A DNA stretch of 64,000 nucleotides from a bacterium (GCA_037127815.1 JBAXXP010000001.1:16936-80935), one strand, 5' to 3'. Counted from the first letter of the stretch, positions 41,949 through 52,900 are shown. Notes: generated by a model from the sequence alone, not told the origin. Translations and numbers: made by a program.

Positions 41949-42374
41949 TTAACTTCCACAAACACCCCCCGTAACTGTATTTCCTGTTGTAGAAGCTGAT
42001 TTTCCAGTACTATCTACACACCAATATGCGCCAGACGTCTTTGCTGCTACAGCCCAAGCTGTAGTTGATGCGGTACAATAAACGGAATTTACTGGTGAAG
42101 TTTTTGTCTTAACATCCGTTATAAGAGTTTTTAAGCCTGTATCTGCGATAAAAATACCACCGGTACAGTCAGCAGAACTACTGTAACTTCCAGCTGTCGA
42201 ATAATACAACTCCGCCTGAGCTCTCATGTTTGAAAGCTCAGATTGGATAGCTGCATCCTGTCCTTTTGTTCTCGCTGTTGTAAGTGAAGCTAACACAACA
42301 GATGAAAGAATACCGATGATAGCAATAACTACCAAGAGCTCGATCAATGTGAAACCTTTATTTGAATTTTTCAT
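41949..42374 (-). CDS. pilA: Probable major type IV pilin
   Basis: G|FTLIELLVVIAIIGILSSVVLASL, YWCVDS, own promoter and terminator. Confidence 0.85.
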   Translation of the reverse strand: MKNSNKGFTLIELLVVIAIIGILSSVVLASLTTARTKGQDAAIQSELSNMRAQAELYYSTAGSYSSSADCTGGIFIADTGLKTLITDVKTKTSPVNSVYCTASTTAWAVAAKTSGAYWCVDSTGKSASTTGNTVTGGVCGS

Positions 42375-42580
42375 AAACTATTTTTAAATTTAATTGTTAT
42401 AACAATGAGACTGGCCGAAAACCGAAACTGATTTTTAACTTGATTTTGATTTCAAAATTACGTGAGTGTCTTAAATAGACATTCACGTATGTTTAATTAT
42501 ATACTATATATACAAATAGGCTATTTTGATGTGTGGATAGGTCATTTGCGTCCATTACTTTTTTCCTTCTTTCCCAATTA

Positions 42581-43792
42581 CTACATAGATGAAGACACGT
42601 TGTAAATAGGAATCAAAACTGACGCGAGCAAGAATCCAACACCAAGACCAAGTGCAACAATCATAATAGGTTCAATCAAGTCCACAAGTGTATCAACTGC
42701 TTGCATAACCTCTCTTTGATAGAATTTAGCAAGAGTCTTTAGAATTCCACCCACATCTCCCGTCTCCTCTCCAACCTTAACCATCTGTACCATAATTCCT
42801 GGAATTTCTTTTTGATAGGGCATCAATGAATCAGACAATGACTTACCACCTCTAACCGCTTCCAATGCGTCATTCAACAAATCTTCATAAACTTTATTGT
42901 CCACAACCTTACTTGTAAGTTCAAGTGCTTTAACCATAGGAACACCAGAAATTAGCTGTGTGTTCATGTTATCTGCAATTCTTGAAAGATACAGTTTCTT
43001 ATACAAACTACTTACATAAGGAATCTCTAATTTAAATTTTGCAAACGAGTCCTTGCCAGCTGGTGTTCTTGCGTAATAAATAAGTAAAATAATTCCTGCA
43101 ATGAACACCGCCAAAAAGAAGAATCCATATCTCACCATAAAATTACTAAGTCCAATAACAATTTTTGTATAAATAGGAACCTCTTGTCCAGAATCAAGAA
43201 TAATTGAAGAGATTTTTGGAATAACCACAGTAAGCATCAGAATCATAACGGCAAAGAATGTGAAGATAACAAAGGCTGGATAAATTAAGGCATTCTTAAC
43301 CTTTGATGAAACTTCATAACTTCTATCAAGATAGTCAGCTAGGTATTCAAATGTCTCATCCAACTTACCAGACTCCTCCCCCGCCTTGATCATGTTTGTA
43401 TAAAAAGAGGAGAAAACTCTTGGATGCTTTGACAAAGCAGATGACATGGATGTACCACCCTGAATATCTTCTGCAACTTCTGAAAGAATTATTCTAAGAT
43501 TCTTATTCTCCATTTCCCCCGCTAGCAATCTAAAGATTCTAAGAGCAGAAACCTGCGCAGTAAAGAGTGTAGCCAACTGACGAGACAAAATAACAATATC
43601 CTTGTTTGAGATACCTGTACCAAAAATAGCCAAATCTCTACTTAAAAGACCTTTATCTTCAGCTGGCTTAATTGAGGAAATTGTCAGATTTCTTCTTTGA
43701 AGAGAGTTTATGGCAATATCAACATTGATTGCATCAATTGTTCCTTCACTCTCGGCTCCACCTTCTCCTATTGCTTTGTATTTGAATAACAT
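42581..43792 (-). CDS. pilC: Type IV pilus platform protein
   Basis: RQLATL, AGEESGKL, ALIYP, VGEETG, IEP. Confidence 0.93.
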   Translation of the reverse strand: MLFKYKAIGEGGAESEGTIDAINVDIAINSLQRRNLTISSIKPAEDKGLLSRDLAIFGTGISNKDIVILSRQLATLFTAQVSALRIFRLLAGEMENKNLRIILSEVAEDIQGGTSMSSALSKHPRVFSSFYTNMIKAGEESGKLDETFEYLADYLDRSYEVSSKVKNALIYPAFVIFTFFAVMILMLTVVIPKISSIILDSGQEVPIYTKIVIGLSNFMVRYGFFFLAVFIAGIILLIYYARTPAGKDSFAKFKLEIPYVSSLYKKLYLSRIADNMNTQLISGVPMVKALELTSKVVDNKVYEDLLNDALEAVRGGKSLSDSLMPYQKEIPGIMVQMVKVGEETGDVGGILKTLAKFYQREVMQAVDTLVDLIEPIMIVALGLGVGFLLASVLIPIYNVSSSM

Positions 43793-43812
43793 CTTTTTTA
43801 GATTTGTTTAAA

Positions 43813-44874
43813 TTATACCATTCTTTCTAGATTTTTTGGATTCAAAGAATGCTTATATGCAGATTCAATTGAAATTTCCCCACGTCTTACTAGCTCCGCA
43901 AGGGACCTATTCATATCAATCATACCATCACCCATTCCCGTTTCAATTACGGTATTTATTTCATATGATCTTTTCTCTCTAATTAAGTTTGCTGTTGCGT
44001 TGTTTGCAATCATAAGCTCAAAGGCAGGAACCATTCCACCTGAAATTTTTGGAATTAATCTTTGTGAAAATATTCCGGTTAAGGATGATGCCAGCTGTGT
44101 TCTAATTTGATCCTGTTGTTCAGGTGGAAATGAATCTATAATTCTATCAATGGTTTGCGATGCATTATTAGTATGAAGTGTTGAAAGAACTAAGTGACCA
44201 GTCTCGGCTGCTGTTACCGCAGCTGATATTGTCTCCGTATTCCTCATCTCTCCCAATAGAATAACGTTAACGTCTTGACGCAAAACTGAGGTTAGTGCAG
44301 CTTCAAAACTATTTGTATCAACAAAAATCTCTCTTTGGTCAATAATAGATTTCTTTTGTTCATACAAATATTCAATGGGGTTTTCAATTGTGATAATATG
44401 TTCTGCTCTTTCTTGATTAATAAGTTCAACCATAGACGCCAGGGTTGTTGACTTGCCTTGTCCAACTGGACCAACTACCAAAAAGAAACCTTGCTTCATT
44501 CTGGCAAAGCTTTCCAGAATTTCTGGTAACCCTAACTCCTTAAGTGTCTTTATTTTATTTTGAATAAGTCTAAGTGCAATAGTATGAGCACTTCTTTGTA
44601 TATACGCATTACCTCTAAATCTTGACACTTCATTAAACTGATACGAGAAGTCCAACTCTTTATTGTCTAAAAATCTTTTACGAGAAGCTTCATCTATCAT
44701 TAAATTTAACAAGGAATCAATATCATCATGTGTAAGAAGTGGTTTTTTAACTAATGGAATTAAAACCCCATTAACTCTAACTGTTGGATGTCTACCCTCA
44801 GACAAGTGTAAATCAGACGCCCCCTCTAGGGTAACTGTTGATAAAAGGTCTTTTAATTCTTGTTCGTAATTCAT
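43813..44874 (-). CDS. pilT: Type IV pilus retraction ATPase
   Basis: ASDLHL, GPVGQGKST, LGEMR, AAETGHLVLSTLH, NLIRE. Confidence 0.92.
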   Translation of the reverse strand: MNYEQELKDLLSTVTLEGASDLHLSEGRHPTVRVNGVLIPLVKKPLLTHDDIDSLLNLMIDEASRKRFLDNKELDFSYQFNEVSRFRGNAYIQRSAHTIALRLIQNKIKTLKELGLPEILESFARMKQGFFLVVGPVGQGKSTTLASMVELINQERAEHIITIENPIEYLYEQKKSIIDQREIFVDTNSFEAALTSVLRQDVNVILLGEMRNTETISAAVTAAETGHLVLSTLHTNNASQTIDRIIDSFPPEQQDQIRTQLASSLTGIFSQRLIPKISGGMVPAFELMIANNATANLIREKRSYEINTVIETGMGDGMIDMNRSLAELVRRGEISIESAYKHSLNPKNLERMV

Positions 44875-44898
44875 ATTTTTTATTTTAATAGTTTAAAA

Positions 44899-45315
44899 TT
44901 ATATAGAAACACCTACCCTTCTATCTTTTGTTCTCTCTAAAAGAGCAAAAACTTCTGTGACAATTTCTGATGGAATAGATGTTGCCTTAACAATATAACC
45001 ATCAACACCAAGACTTTTGGCCTTCTCAATATCAGATGGCTGTCCTTGATTACTAAGCATCATAATAGCAGCTCTCTTTGCTAGGCCGTCCACCCTGATT
45101 GCGTTCAACGCCTCTATGCCATCCATTACAGGCATTACAACATCCAGAAGAATGACATCAGGTTCGTATCCATCCTTTAGTTTGGTAACAGCAACCAAAC
45201 CATTGCCAGCTAAAGTAACATCAAATCTATTATTGGTAAATTTTATTGAATACATATTCAATAAAAACTTATCATCATCCACAATCATTACTTTAAATGG
45301 TATATCTCCGTTCAT
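44899..45315 (-). CDS. Single-domain response regulator
   Basis: IVDDD, LLDVVMPVMDG, LSN, YIVK. Confidence 0.9.
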   Translation of the reverse strand: MNGDIPFKVMIVDDDKFLLNMYSIKFTNNRFDVTLAGNGLVAVTKLKDGYEPDVILLDVVMPVMDGIEALNAIRVDGLAKRAAIMMLSNQGQPSDIEKAKSLGVDGYIVKATSIPSEIVTEVFALLERTKDRRVGVSI

Positions 45316-45406
45316 GTTTTTATTATATCACAAAACAATTACAAAAAAATGTAGATAGTAACATTCCAACATAAAAAAAACACTTCTCTCTACGCAATAG
45401 ATCTTA

Positions 45407-47134
45407 CTAAACTTTACTGATTTCTTCCATCGGAATAACTTTATTTAAAGCCTTGATTGTAGCATCCTCTTTCATTAAAATCATACCTTGAGTTCTTGCA
45501 TATTTTGTAATTGCAATTTCAGTTGGCTCTTTTAGAATAATTTCCTGCATTGTTTTATCCACCTCAAACATTTCAGTTACAGCGATTCTTCCTTTTGTTC
45601 CACGTGGACAATCTGGAGTGGGACTAATTTTATAGACGTCCTTCATTTCAGGAATAACCCCTCTAAATTCTGTTGGGATTTCTTCAAGGAATTTGTCAAA
45701 AATTGTCTTAATACTTCCTTCTACTGGAATTGTCGTAACAGCAGATTCATATGACTTACCAACAAGACGCTGTGCCATTCCCAAAATCAACGTAGGAGCA
45801 ATAAGATAAGGGTCAATTCCCATGTCCACAAGTCTAGGGATAATACCAACAGCTGAGTTGGTGTGAATTGTTGATAGCACCAAGTGACCAGTAAGAGCGG
45901 CTTGAATAGCCAACTCCGCCGTCTCCTTATCTCTAATCTCTCCAACCATTATAATATCTGGGTCCTGGCGAAGAGTAGTACGCAATCCAGTTGCAAAAGT
46001 ATATCCAATTTCTGGTCTAACCTGAGACTGACTTAATCCCTCAATATTATATTCAACCGGATCCTCAAGTGACAGCACATTGTTTTCTTCCAAATCAAGC
46101 TCCTTAACCATAGAATAAAGGGTTGTTGTCTTTCCAGATCCTGTAGGACCAGAAATAAGGATTAACCCATAAGGCTTATCTAATGCCTCTTTAATTAATT
46201 TAAGATTTCTCTCTGGAAACCCTAACTCATCAAGTTTTTGAACACTTTTTTGTTGATCCAAGATACGCATTTCAACTTTTTCTCCATAATATGTTGGAAA
46301 TGTAGATACACGAAAGTCAATCTTTCTTCCGTCAATTCTTGCGGAAAAACGGTTATCTTGTGGCTTACGTTTTTCATCGAGCTTAATATTGGAAAGAATT
46401 TTAATACGCGCAACAAGAGCGTCGTGAACTTTTGCAGGCAAAACAATACTTGTATATAAAACACCGTCTACTCGGAAACGAACACGAACTCTATCCTTCA
46501 TTGGTTCAATATGAACGTCAGATACTCCTCCCTCAATTGCATAACGTAAGATTGTTGCAACAATTTTTGTAACTGGCGCGTCTTCAATTATATTAGGTGC
46601 TCCCCCAACAGCAGGAGCCTTACCAAGATCACCTCTATCCTTCATCATTTCAACCTCTTCTGCTGAAAATTCAGTCTCTAAATCACCGAGAGCTTTATTA
46701 ACTTCTCCGGCAATTCCATTATAAGCGGCTAATGCCTGGGTGAAATCATCCTCAGAGATAAGGAAGATTTTAAAAGGCATATTTGTCTTATTTGAAATAA
46801 AATTAAGAGCGTCTCTCGCCTCAATATTCTCAGGATCCACAATTCCAACCTCAAGAACTCCATCGGAAATACCAAGTGGAATAATTTTATAGTGATTTGC
46901 AGATTCTTCTGGAATATATTTTAAAACATCAAAAGCAATGTCCTTTCCGTCAAGTTCTCTTGTTGGTATTTTAAGATACTCACCTTTTGCTTTTACTATT
47001 GCTGTATTACTAATCTGTTTGGCACGCAAAATATCCTCTACAGATTGACCTGTGGTTGTTGCTTCATCTGATATGTATGGGATATCCTCCGCTGATATCA
47101 CATTTTGCTTTGCTAATACGTCTAAAAAACTCAT
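45407..47134 (-). CDS. pilB: Type IV pilus assembly ATPase
   Basis: SDVHIEP, RFRVDG, GPTGSGKT, EDPVE, LRQDPD, GEIRD. Confidence 0.93.
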   Translation of the reverse strand: MSFLDVLAKQNVISAEDIPYISDEATTTGQSVEDILRAKQISNTAIVKAKGEYLKIPTRELDGKDIAFDVLKYIPEESANHYKIIPLGISDGVLEVGIVDPENIEARDALNFISNKTNMPFKIFLISEDDFTQALAAYNGIAGEVNKALGDLETEFSAEEVEMMKDRGDLGKAPAVGGAPNIIEDAPVTKIVATILRYAIEGGVSDVHIEPMKDRVRVRFRVDGVLYTSIVLPAKVHDALVARIKILSNIKLDEKRKPQDNRFSARIDGRKIDFRVSTFPTYYGEKVEMRILDQQKSVQKLDELGFPERNLKLIKEALDKPYGLILISGPTGSGKTTTLYSMVKELDLEENNVLSLEDPVEYNIEGLSQSQVRPEIGYTFATGLRTTLRQDPDIIMVGEIRDKETAELAIQAALTGHLVLSTIHTNSAVGIIPRLVDMGIDPYLIAPTLILGMAQRLVGKSYESAVTTIPVEGSIKTIFDKFLEEIPTEFRGVIPEMKDVYKISPTPDCPRGTKGRIAVTEMFEVDKTMQEIILKEPTEIAITKYARTQGMILMKEDATIKALNKVIPMEEISKV

Positions 47135-47144
47135 ATTTATTTTA

Positions 47145-47687
47145 TTATTGTGGAAGTGCCACTGGAACAGCTTTCTTTTTAGTAGCGCTTGATGTTGCGG
47201 CCGCTGGAGCGCTTGATGTTGCAGTTTTTGGAACGAGCACTGGAGATTTTACAGCGGAGGATGTAGCGGTTGAAGTTCCAGCCGTATTTGTAATATTACC
47301 AGATATATCCTGGAAACTACCTGATGATTGTCCGGAATCAGATCCGATTGGTGCAAAAGGATTTGGTCTACCAATTTCTTGGACTTGTATTTCTAGGTGA
47401 TTATCAACTAACCCTAAAAATATAGGGTCCTTAAAGTAGGCCACTTTTAAATCAACACTTTGTATTGCAAGTAATTGATCAACGAAGCTCTTAGCTAATT
47501 CATTATTAGGCACAACAGAACCGGTAGATGCAGCGCCTGTAGTTGATGTATCAACAGAAGTTTTCTGAAGTGTTGAAGAGTCCGTAGTTGGAGCGCCGCT
47601 TGTGTAGATAGTATAAGCAATAAAAGCAACAATCAAAACTACGATTATGATGATTAAATATTTAAATTTTTTAAGTGTTTCAATCAT
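47145..47687 (-). CDS. Pilus-locus membrane protein in the PilP position
   Basis: N-terminal TM, GRPNPF motif, between pilO and pilB. Confidence 0.65.
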   Translation of the reverse strand: MIETLKKFKYLIIIIVVLIVAFIAYTIYTSGAPTTDSSTLQKTSVDTSTTGAASTGSVVPNNELAKSFVDQLLAIQSVDLKVAYFKDPIFLGLVDNHLEIQVQEIGRPNPFAPIGSDSGQSSGSFQDISGNITNTAGTSTATSSAVKSPVLVPKTATSSAPAAATSSATKKKAVPVALPQ

Positions 47688-47691
47688 GTTT

Positions 47692-48249
47692 TTATTTTAG
47701 CCAATAAGTCTGCAGGGTCACATTAAAATCATATTTATCATTGTCTGCTGCTGTAAAGGAAATTTCTGAAACATCAACTAGACGAAGGTTATCTTCAAGA
47801 CTTTGTAGAAATAGAATAAACTGATCATATGATGTTGTGACGCCAAAGTTAAGCGCGATTGTTCCATATTTTTTGTTATCAGACCCTATGCTTGGTGAAG
47901 CATTCCCTGTAGCTCCAGTCTTAGATGCACCTCCGATAACCTTTGCGCCTCTTATATTTTGAGACAAAACAAGATTGGCGATGTGTTGAATATCGATAAT
48001 AAGCTTAACGTTTTCTACTCCATCTGGGAGAAACTTATCTAGATTTTTTAATTGAACATCATCAATTTTCTTTCTATCAGATGTCAATTTCTCTCTCTTA
48101 ACCCTTAACTCCATAGCCTTACCGTTTGCTTCATCTAATTTTTGAAGATCAGCTTGCTTTTGCTGAATTAATGCATAGTTTGGATTTATATAGAAAATAA
48201 ACGCAGCTACGGCCGAAGCTATAAAAAATATTTGTGCGAGGGTTTTCAT
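47692..48249 (-). CDS. pilO: PilO-like protein
   Basis: TM, coiled coil, LP, FLQSLEDNLRLVDV, TY. Confidence 0.75.
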   Translation of the reverse strand: MKTLAQIFFIASAVAAFIFYINPNYALIQQKQADLQKLDEANGKAMELRVKREKLTSDRKKIDDVQLKNLDKFLPDGVENVKLIIDIQHIANLVLSQNIRGAKVIGGASKTGATGNASPSIGSDNKKYGTIALNFGVTTSYDQFILFLQSLEDNLRLVDVSEISFTAADNDKYDFNVTLQTYWLK

Positions 48250-48250
48250 A

Positions 48251-48922
48251 TTATTGTCCTGTTACATTAGCTGGTTGAGTAGTGTCGACCGTAGTATCAG
48301 ATGGAGGAGTCCTCTTGTAAACCTGATTATTTGGATCAGACTTCATCTTGTAATAATTCAAAAGAGTAGGGTCAACTCCAGTTGTGAAAGAGAACACAGC
48401 TTTACCAGAAGCAGTTAGGTCAGGGTCACTAAAAATAGTGTTTCTAAAAACATTTCTTAATTTAGGATTAGTAAAAGCACTAGCTTGAAGCGCAACAGCT
48501 TCATAACTAACAGCCTCGCCACTCATGGAAATAGAAATTTTATCACCACCAGCGTTTGTATATTTGAAATTTGTGAATCTTGCATTCTTAAGTGTTGTAT
48601 CCCCTATCACTCCAAATAGTACTGATGGAGCAACGTGTTGTCTCAAAAGAAAATCAGCGGAATTTATTTTATCATTTAAATGAGTAAACTCTTTGATGGT
48701 ATTTTGATCGAATGAATTTCTGGCCAAATTTAAACTATTGTTTGTTGCTGCAATTTTGCTATCCAATTGATTGCTCCACAAATAGACAGCACCAGATGCC
48801 ACACCACTTGCAATAAAAATCAAAAAAGAAATCAAGAAGAAAATATTTGAGCCAGCTCTTGACCTAACTGGTTCGTTAACCGGTTGCTTTGGTATAAATG
48901 ATGATTGGAACTTTGTTTCCAT
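48251..48922 (-). CDS. PilN-like protein
   Basis: SFIPK, TM, coiled coil, G.A.SY..VA; between pilM and pilO. Confidence 0.7.
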   Translation of the reverse strand: METKFQSSFIPKQPVNEPVRSRAGSNIFFLISFLIFIASGVASGAVYLWSNQLDSKIAATNNSLNLARNSFDQNTIKEFTHLNDKINSADFLLRQHVAPSVLFGVIGDTTLKNARFTNFKYTNAGGDKISISMSGEAVSYEAVALQASAFTNPKLRNVFRNTIFSDPDLTASGKAVFSFTTGVDPTLLNYYKMKSDPNNQVYKRTPPSDTTVDTTQPANVTGQ

Positions 48923-49022
48923 AAGAATTATTTAAATATAGTATACCACTAATTGCAATTTTAATGCATTGTTTTTCAAAAGTTTTCCACAAGTAAAATC
49001 GTTTTTCACTCTTATACAGCTT

Positions 49023-50144
49023 TTATGACACCTCCTGAAGTCTTCTTAGCGCAATCCCAACAGCAACAGCAAATTCTAGCCCCGCATTCTTCAATACCCC
49101 CTCCAAAAAAGCAGGTGCCTCAACTTTACTGAATGGATCTCCAATCTCTACGGTTGTTTGAAAGTTTGCTGCGGCCATTTCTACAATCCCCTTCATAGCA
49201 ACACCACCTCCTGTTAAAATAACCTTTGAGACAGTTTTATTAAATCTTTTTTGGTAACTCAAAAGTACACTATTTGCTTCTGAAAAAATATAATCCATAG
49301 TAAGAGAAATAATTTCATATATTTTTTGCTCATCAGCTGGAGCTAGGGTTCCAAGAGACCTTTTCATATGCTCAGCACTATCAAAAGTAACATTCATTCC
49401 CTTAGAGATACTAGTGCTAACCTCTTGAGATCCTTTATTTATTATATGCGATGATTTAATTATACCTCTTTCAATCATATAAATTTTTGTAGCCGCTGCG
49501 CCCATGTCAAAAATCATCACAGGCTCAATTTCCCCAGAAATCAAAGCTCTTGTACTACTGAACATCTCAATTTCAAAAAAACCAGTATCAAGCCCAGCTT
49601 GATTTACAATAGAACTATAATTACTGAGAACTTCATTATGAATTGATACAACCAAAACCTGTACCTTCTGTGGCACGTTTGTTTTTTCACCCTCTTCATC
49701 TTCTGCGTCCACAAAATCTAAATCACCATGTTCATTAGGGATTACCCACCAATCCATAGTCACTTCACTTATTGGAACAGGGATATATTTTCTTGCCTCA
49801 AGGGGAATCATTTCTTTTAGCTCCGCATCACTCACTTTTGGTAACTCAATAAGGGAAACAAGACTAGATTTAAATGGAATTGAAACTCCAGAAATAAGAC
49901 TTGTGACATTCGCTTCCTTAATAATATCTTTTATAGCCTCTGCAATTTTCTCAGCAGGCAGGACTGCTACCTGCCCAACCTGAAGACCTGCATATGGAGC
50001 AAGGGCAATTTCTCCATATGTTTCAAGTACGGCCTTGCCACGATGCTTTTTTAATTGCACAACCTTGATAGAAGAAGAGCCAATATCAACACCAATGACG
50101 CTTTGGTTGTTTTCTTGGAAAATTCTTTGGAGAAAATTTGACAT
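49023..50144 (-). CDS. pilM: Type IV pilus assembly protein PilM
   Basis: GVDIGSSSIKVV, EARKYIP, DMGA, LTGGG, AVGIALR. Confidence 0.93.
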   Translation of the reverse strand: MSNFLQRIFQENNQSVIGVDIGSSSIKVVQLKKHRGKAVLETYGEIALAPYAGLQVGQVAVLPAEKIAEAIKDIIKEANVTSLISGVSIPFKSSLVSLIELPKVSDAELKEMIPLEARKYIPVPISEVTMDWWVIPNEHGDLDFVDAEDEEGEKTNVPQKVQVLVVSIHNEVLSNYSSIVNQAGLDTGFFEIEMFSSTRALISGEIEPVMIFDMGAAATKIYMIERGIIKSSHIINKGSQEVSTSISKGMNVTFDSAEHMKRSLGTLAPADEQKIYEIISLTMDYIFSEANSVLLSYQKRFNKTVSKVILTGGGVAMKGIVEMAAANFQTTVEIGDPFSKVEAPAFLEGVLKNAGLEFAVAVGIALRRLQEVS

Positions 50145-50262
50145 AGGTGTGTTATGTAAATGTATACAGTGTTGTCTTTACTATTTATACAATAAATAGC
50201 CATACAGACATTCTACTGTGCGTAACATTATTATTAATAGTATACACCATAAAAAATAAAAT

Positions 50263-50952
50263 ATGAACAATAAACAAATTAATTGTGAAGAAAAAGAAGA
50301 CAAAAGAGAAAATAGCAAAATTAAATCTATTTTTTGCTATGGAGACGCCGATGTAAAGAAAATGATATGGTCATTTAAGACCGATAAGACATTTTATAAA
50401 TCGCAAGACAGCCTTATTCCACTAAGGGCTGTAGCTAAAGAACTTGTGAATGAAAATTTGCAAAATATCATTATTTGCGTGCCTTCATCCTCATTTTGGC
50501 ATAATAAAAAAAGTTTTGACCATATGCACTTATTTATAAGGAATTTAAGAAGATTTTTTGAAGGAATTTGTAAAAACAAATCATTTACAATCACAGATAA
50601 GCCGGTTTGCTCAAACTTTGAATATATCCCCTATTCAATAATTCCTCATTTGAACAAGGATTTACAGAAGGGATTAAATAAAAATGAGCGCAGTATACAA
50701 ACAGTCGGAGCATATCAATTAAGTTATTATTTTAAATTCCGTATAAAATTACTCCTGAAAAAAATAACTAGTCAAACCAATCAAACAGATCAAAACAAGA
50801 GTCCTATATTGCAGATTTTAATTATGGACGATGTGATGACAACAGGCTCAACAATAAAAGAGTGCCGTAGGGTTGTATATGAATACTTACAAAAAATAGA
50901 GGCGGATGAAGTGGTGCATGTAAACTGTTTAACACTAGCTTATGAAGCCTAA
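50263..50952 (+). CDS. Divergent ComF-like phosphoribosyltransferase-fold protein
   Basis: VPSS, FDH, Q.GLN..ER, MDDVMTTGSTI; divergent from pilM. Confidence 0.65.
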   Translation: MNNKQINCEEKEDKRENSKIKSIFCYGDADVKKMIWSFKTDKTFYKSQDSLIPLRAVAKELVNENLQNIIICVPSSSFWHNKKSFDHMHLFIRNLRRFFEGICKNKSFTITDKPVCSNFEYIPYSIIPHLNKDLQKGLNKNERSIQTVGAYQLSYYFKFRIKLLLKKITSQTNQTDQNKSPILQILIMDDVMTTGSTIKECRRVVYEYLQKIEADEVVHVNCLTLAYEA

Positions 50953-51078
50953 TATCGATAAAATACAAAGAAATGAAAAAATGGACATTAGACCTTAAAT
51001 TATGTAGTATTTTGACCAGATAGATAGTAGTAAATTAAATCAATAAATCAACACACAACCAATAGAAATAGACACGCA

Positions 51079-52407
51079 ATGAAACGTAAAGGTATAAATG
51101 CAAACATTAAAGTCGCAAAGTTTGGTGGAACCTCGCTTGCTGACGCAAATCAGATAAAGAAAGTTTTGGCCATCATTCAAGCAGACAGTGAGCTTCAATA
51201 CATTGTAGTCTCTGCCCCAGGTAAGCGACATTCCAAAGACAAGAAAATTACGTCCCTTTTGGAGAAATGGCATCAGCTTCACAAAAACGGCCATTCCTAC
51301 GCAAGAGTACAGAAAATTGTTAGCAATAGATTTTCTAAAATAGTTCAAGAGCTTGGAATCAAGCTGGATATTCATGCAGAAATGGTAGAAATTGCGCACT
51401 GGATTAACTCTGGTGCAACATTAGACTATGCAATCAGTAGAGGTGAATACCTTATGGGCAAAATTATTGCCATTGCTCTTGAATATGATTTTGTGGACCC
51501 AGCAACTTGCATTAATTTTAACAGGCAAGGACAACACATTGAGGATTATAAGCAGATTGGAAAAATCCTCAAAGGCAAAAAAGCTGTCATCCCAGGATTT
51601 TACGGCGCCTCGCAAGATGGATTCATAAAGACTTTTTCTCGAGGTGGCTCTGACATAACGGGGGCAATAATTGCCTGCGCAGTTAGAGCAGCTGTCTACG
51701 AAAACTGGACCGACGTGTCAGGCTTTCTAATGGCAGATCCCAGAGTGGTTGAGAGGCCGATGAAAATTGAATCAATGACTCACCGTGAACAACGTGAACT
51801 TTCCTATATGGGAGCCGGTGTATTTCATGAAGAAGCAATGTTCCCTCTTCGAAACACAGGGACTGCTATCAACATAAGAAACACCAATGATCCTAGCAAT
51901 AGTGGAACGCTCATTGTTGCTGATGGTGGACAAGGAAGAAAACCGTGGGTTATCACGGGCGTTGCTGGTCGCAAAAACTTCACGTCAATTAGAGTGGAAA
52001 AGGCGATCATGAACAGACAGGTTGGATTTGCTAGAAAAATTCTCACCATACTTGAGAAAAATGATATCAGTTTTGAGCACATACCAGGGGGTATTGATAC
52101 GTTAAGCATCATCATTAATGACAAACAACTTTATGGAAAAAAACAAAAGGTTGTGCGAGAAATTAGAAAGATATGTTCACCAGATTTGATTAAAATAACC
52201 TCGGGAATGGCTATGATTGCAATTGTCGGACAGGCCATGGTCCACCGTCCTGGAATTGCCGCAATTGTTTTTACAGCGCTCGCAAATGAGAAAATTAATG
52301 TGAAAATGATCAATCAGGGATCAAGTGAAATCAGTATTATCATCGGCGTCAAAAACGACGATTATGAGAATGCTGTACGCGCGATCTACGAGGGTTTTGT
52401 AGGATAG
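51079..52407 (+). CDS. lysC: Aspartate kinase
   Basis: KFGGTSLA, VVSAPGK, SRGE, FSRGGSD, WTDV.G..ADPR, two ACT domains. Confidence 0.92.
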   Translation: MKRKGINANIKVAKFGGTSLADANQIKKVLAIIQADSELQYIVVSAPGKRHSKDKKITSLLEKWHQLHKNGHSYARVQKIVSNRFSKIVQELGIKLDIHAEMVEIAHWINSGATLDYAISRGEYLMGKIIAIALEYDFVDPATCINFNRQGQHIEDYKQIGKILKGKKAVIPGFYGASQDGFIKTFSRGGSDITGAIIACAVRAAVYENWTDVSGFLMADPRVVERPMKIESMTHREQRELSYMGAGVFHEEAMFPLRNTGTAINIRNTNDPSNSGTLIVADGGQGRKPWVITGVAGRKNFTSIRVEKAIMNRQVGFARKILTILEKNDISFEHIPGGIDTLSIIINDKQLYGKKQKVVREIRKICSPDLIKITSGMAMIAIVGQAMVHRPGIAAIVFTALANEKINVKMINQGSSEISIIIGVKNDDYENAVRAIYEGFVG

Positions 52408-52426
52408 GGATTTTTCACAATCAACT

Positions 52427-52464
52427 TGGCCGCTTTGCGTTTTACGCAAAGCGGCCATTCTTTT
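52427..52464 (+). terminator. Intrinsic terminator
   Basis: TGGCCGCTTTGCGT-TTT-ACGCAAAGCGGCCA-TTCTTTT. Confidence 0.8.
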
Positions 52465-52469
52465 GTTTA

Positions 52470-52898
52470 TCATTCTACGCTAATCAATCCTTGAACAAAT
52501 TTAAATATCTTTTCATAAGTATCCTTTGCAATTTCTGCTGTAACAAATTTTGGATCCTCCACTTTCCACCAAATAACTTTTTTATCATTCCTCAGAAAAT
52601 CTGGAATATATGGCTCTTGTGCCATTGAAACAACAACGTTATGTTCTTCTAGCATCTCTGGGAGTAATCGTCTTGTCTTATTCATTCTTATATTCATGCC
52701 ATTCAATTCCATTAAATCAAAGAAGTCTTCTGTTAAAAACACATTACACAAAAGCTGCCCCTCAGGTTCATCTACCGCCCCCGTATAAGTACCTGCTGAG
52801 TCAGAGTCGTTTGAATCTGTAAGCTTATTATAAATAGACATAGCCATCTGACTTCTGAACATATTTCCCTTGCATATGAATAAAACTTTTTTAGGCAT
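52470..52898 (-). CDS. Low-molecular-weight phosphatase / arsenate reductase-fold protein
   Basis: VLFICKGNMFRSQMA, SAG, W.VEDP; start moved to ATG 52898 because the upstream part is a tRNA. Confidence 0.82.
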   Translation of the reverse strand: MPKKVLFICKGNMFRSQMAMSIYNKLTDSNDSDSAGTYTGAVDEPEGQLLCNVFLTEDFFDLMELNGMNIRMNKTRRLLPEMLEEHNVVVSMAQEPYIPDFLRNDKKVIWWKVEDPKFVTAEIAKDTYEKIFKFVQGLISVE

Positions 52899-52900
52899 TT

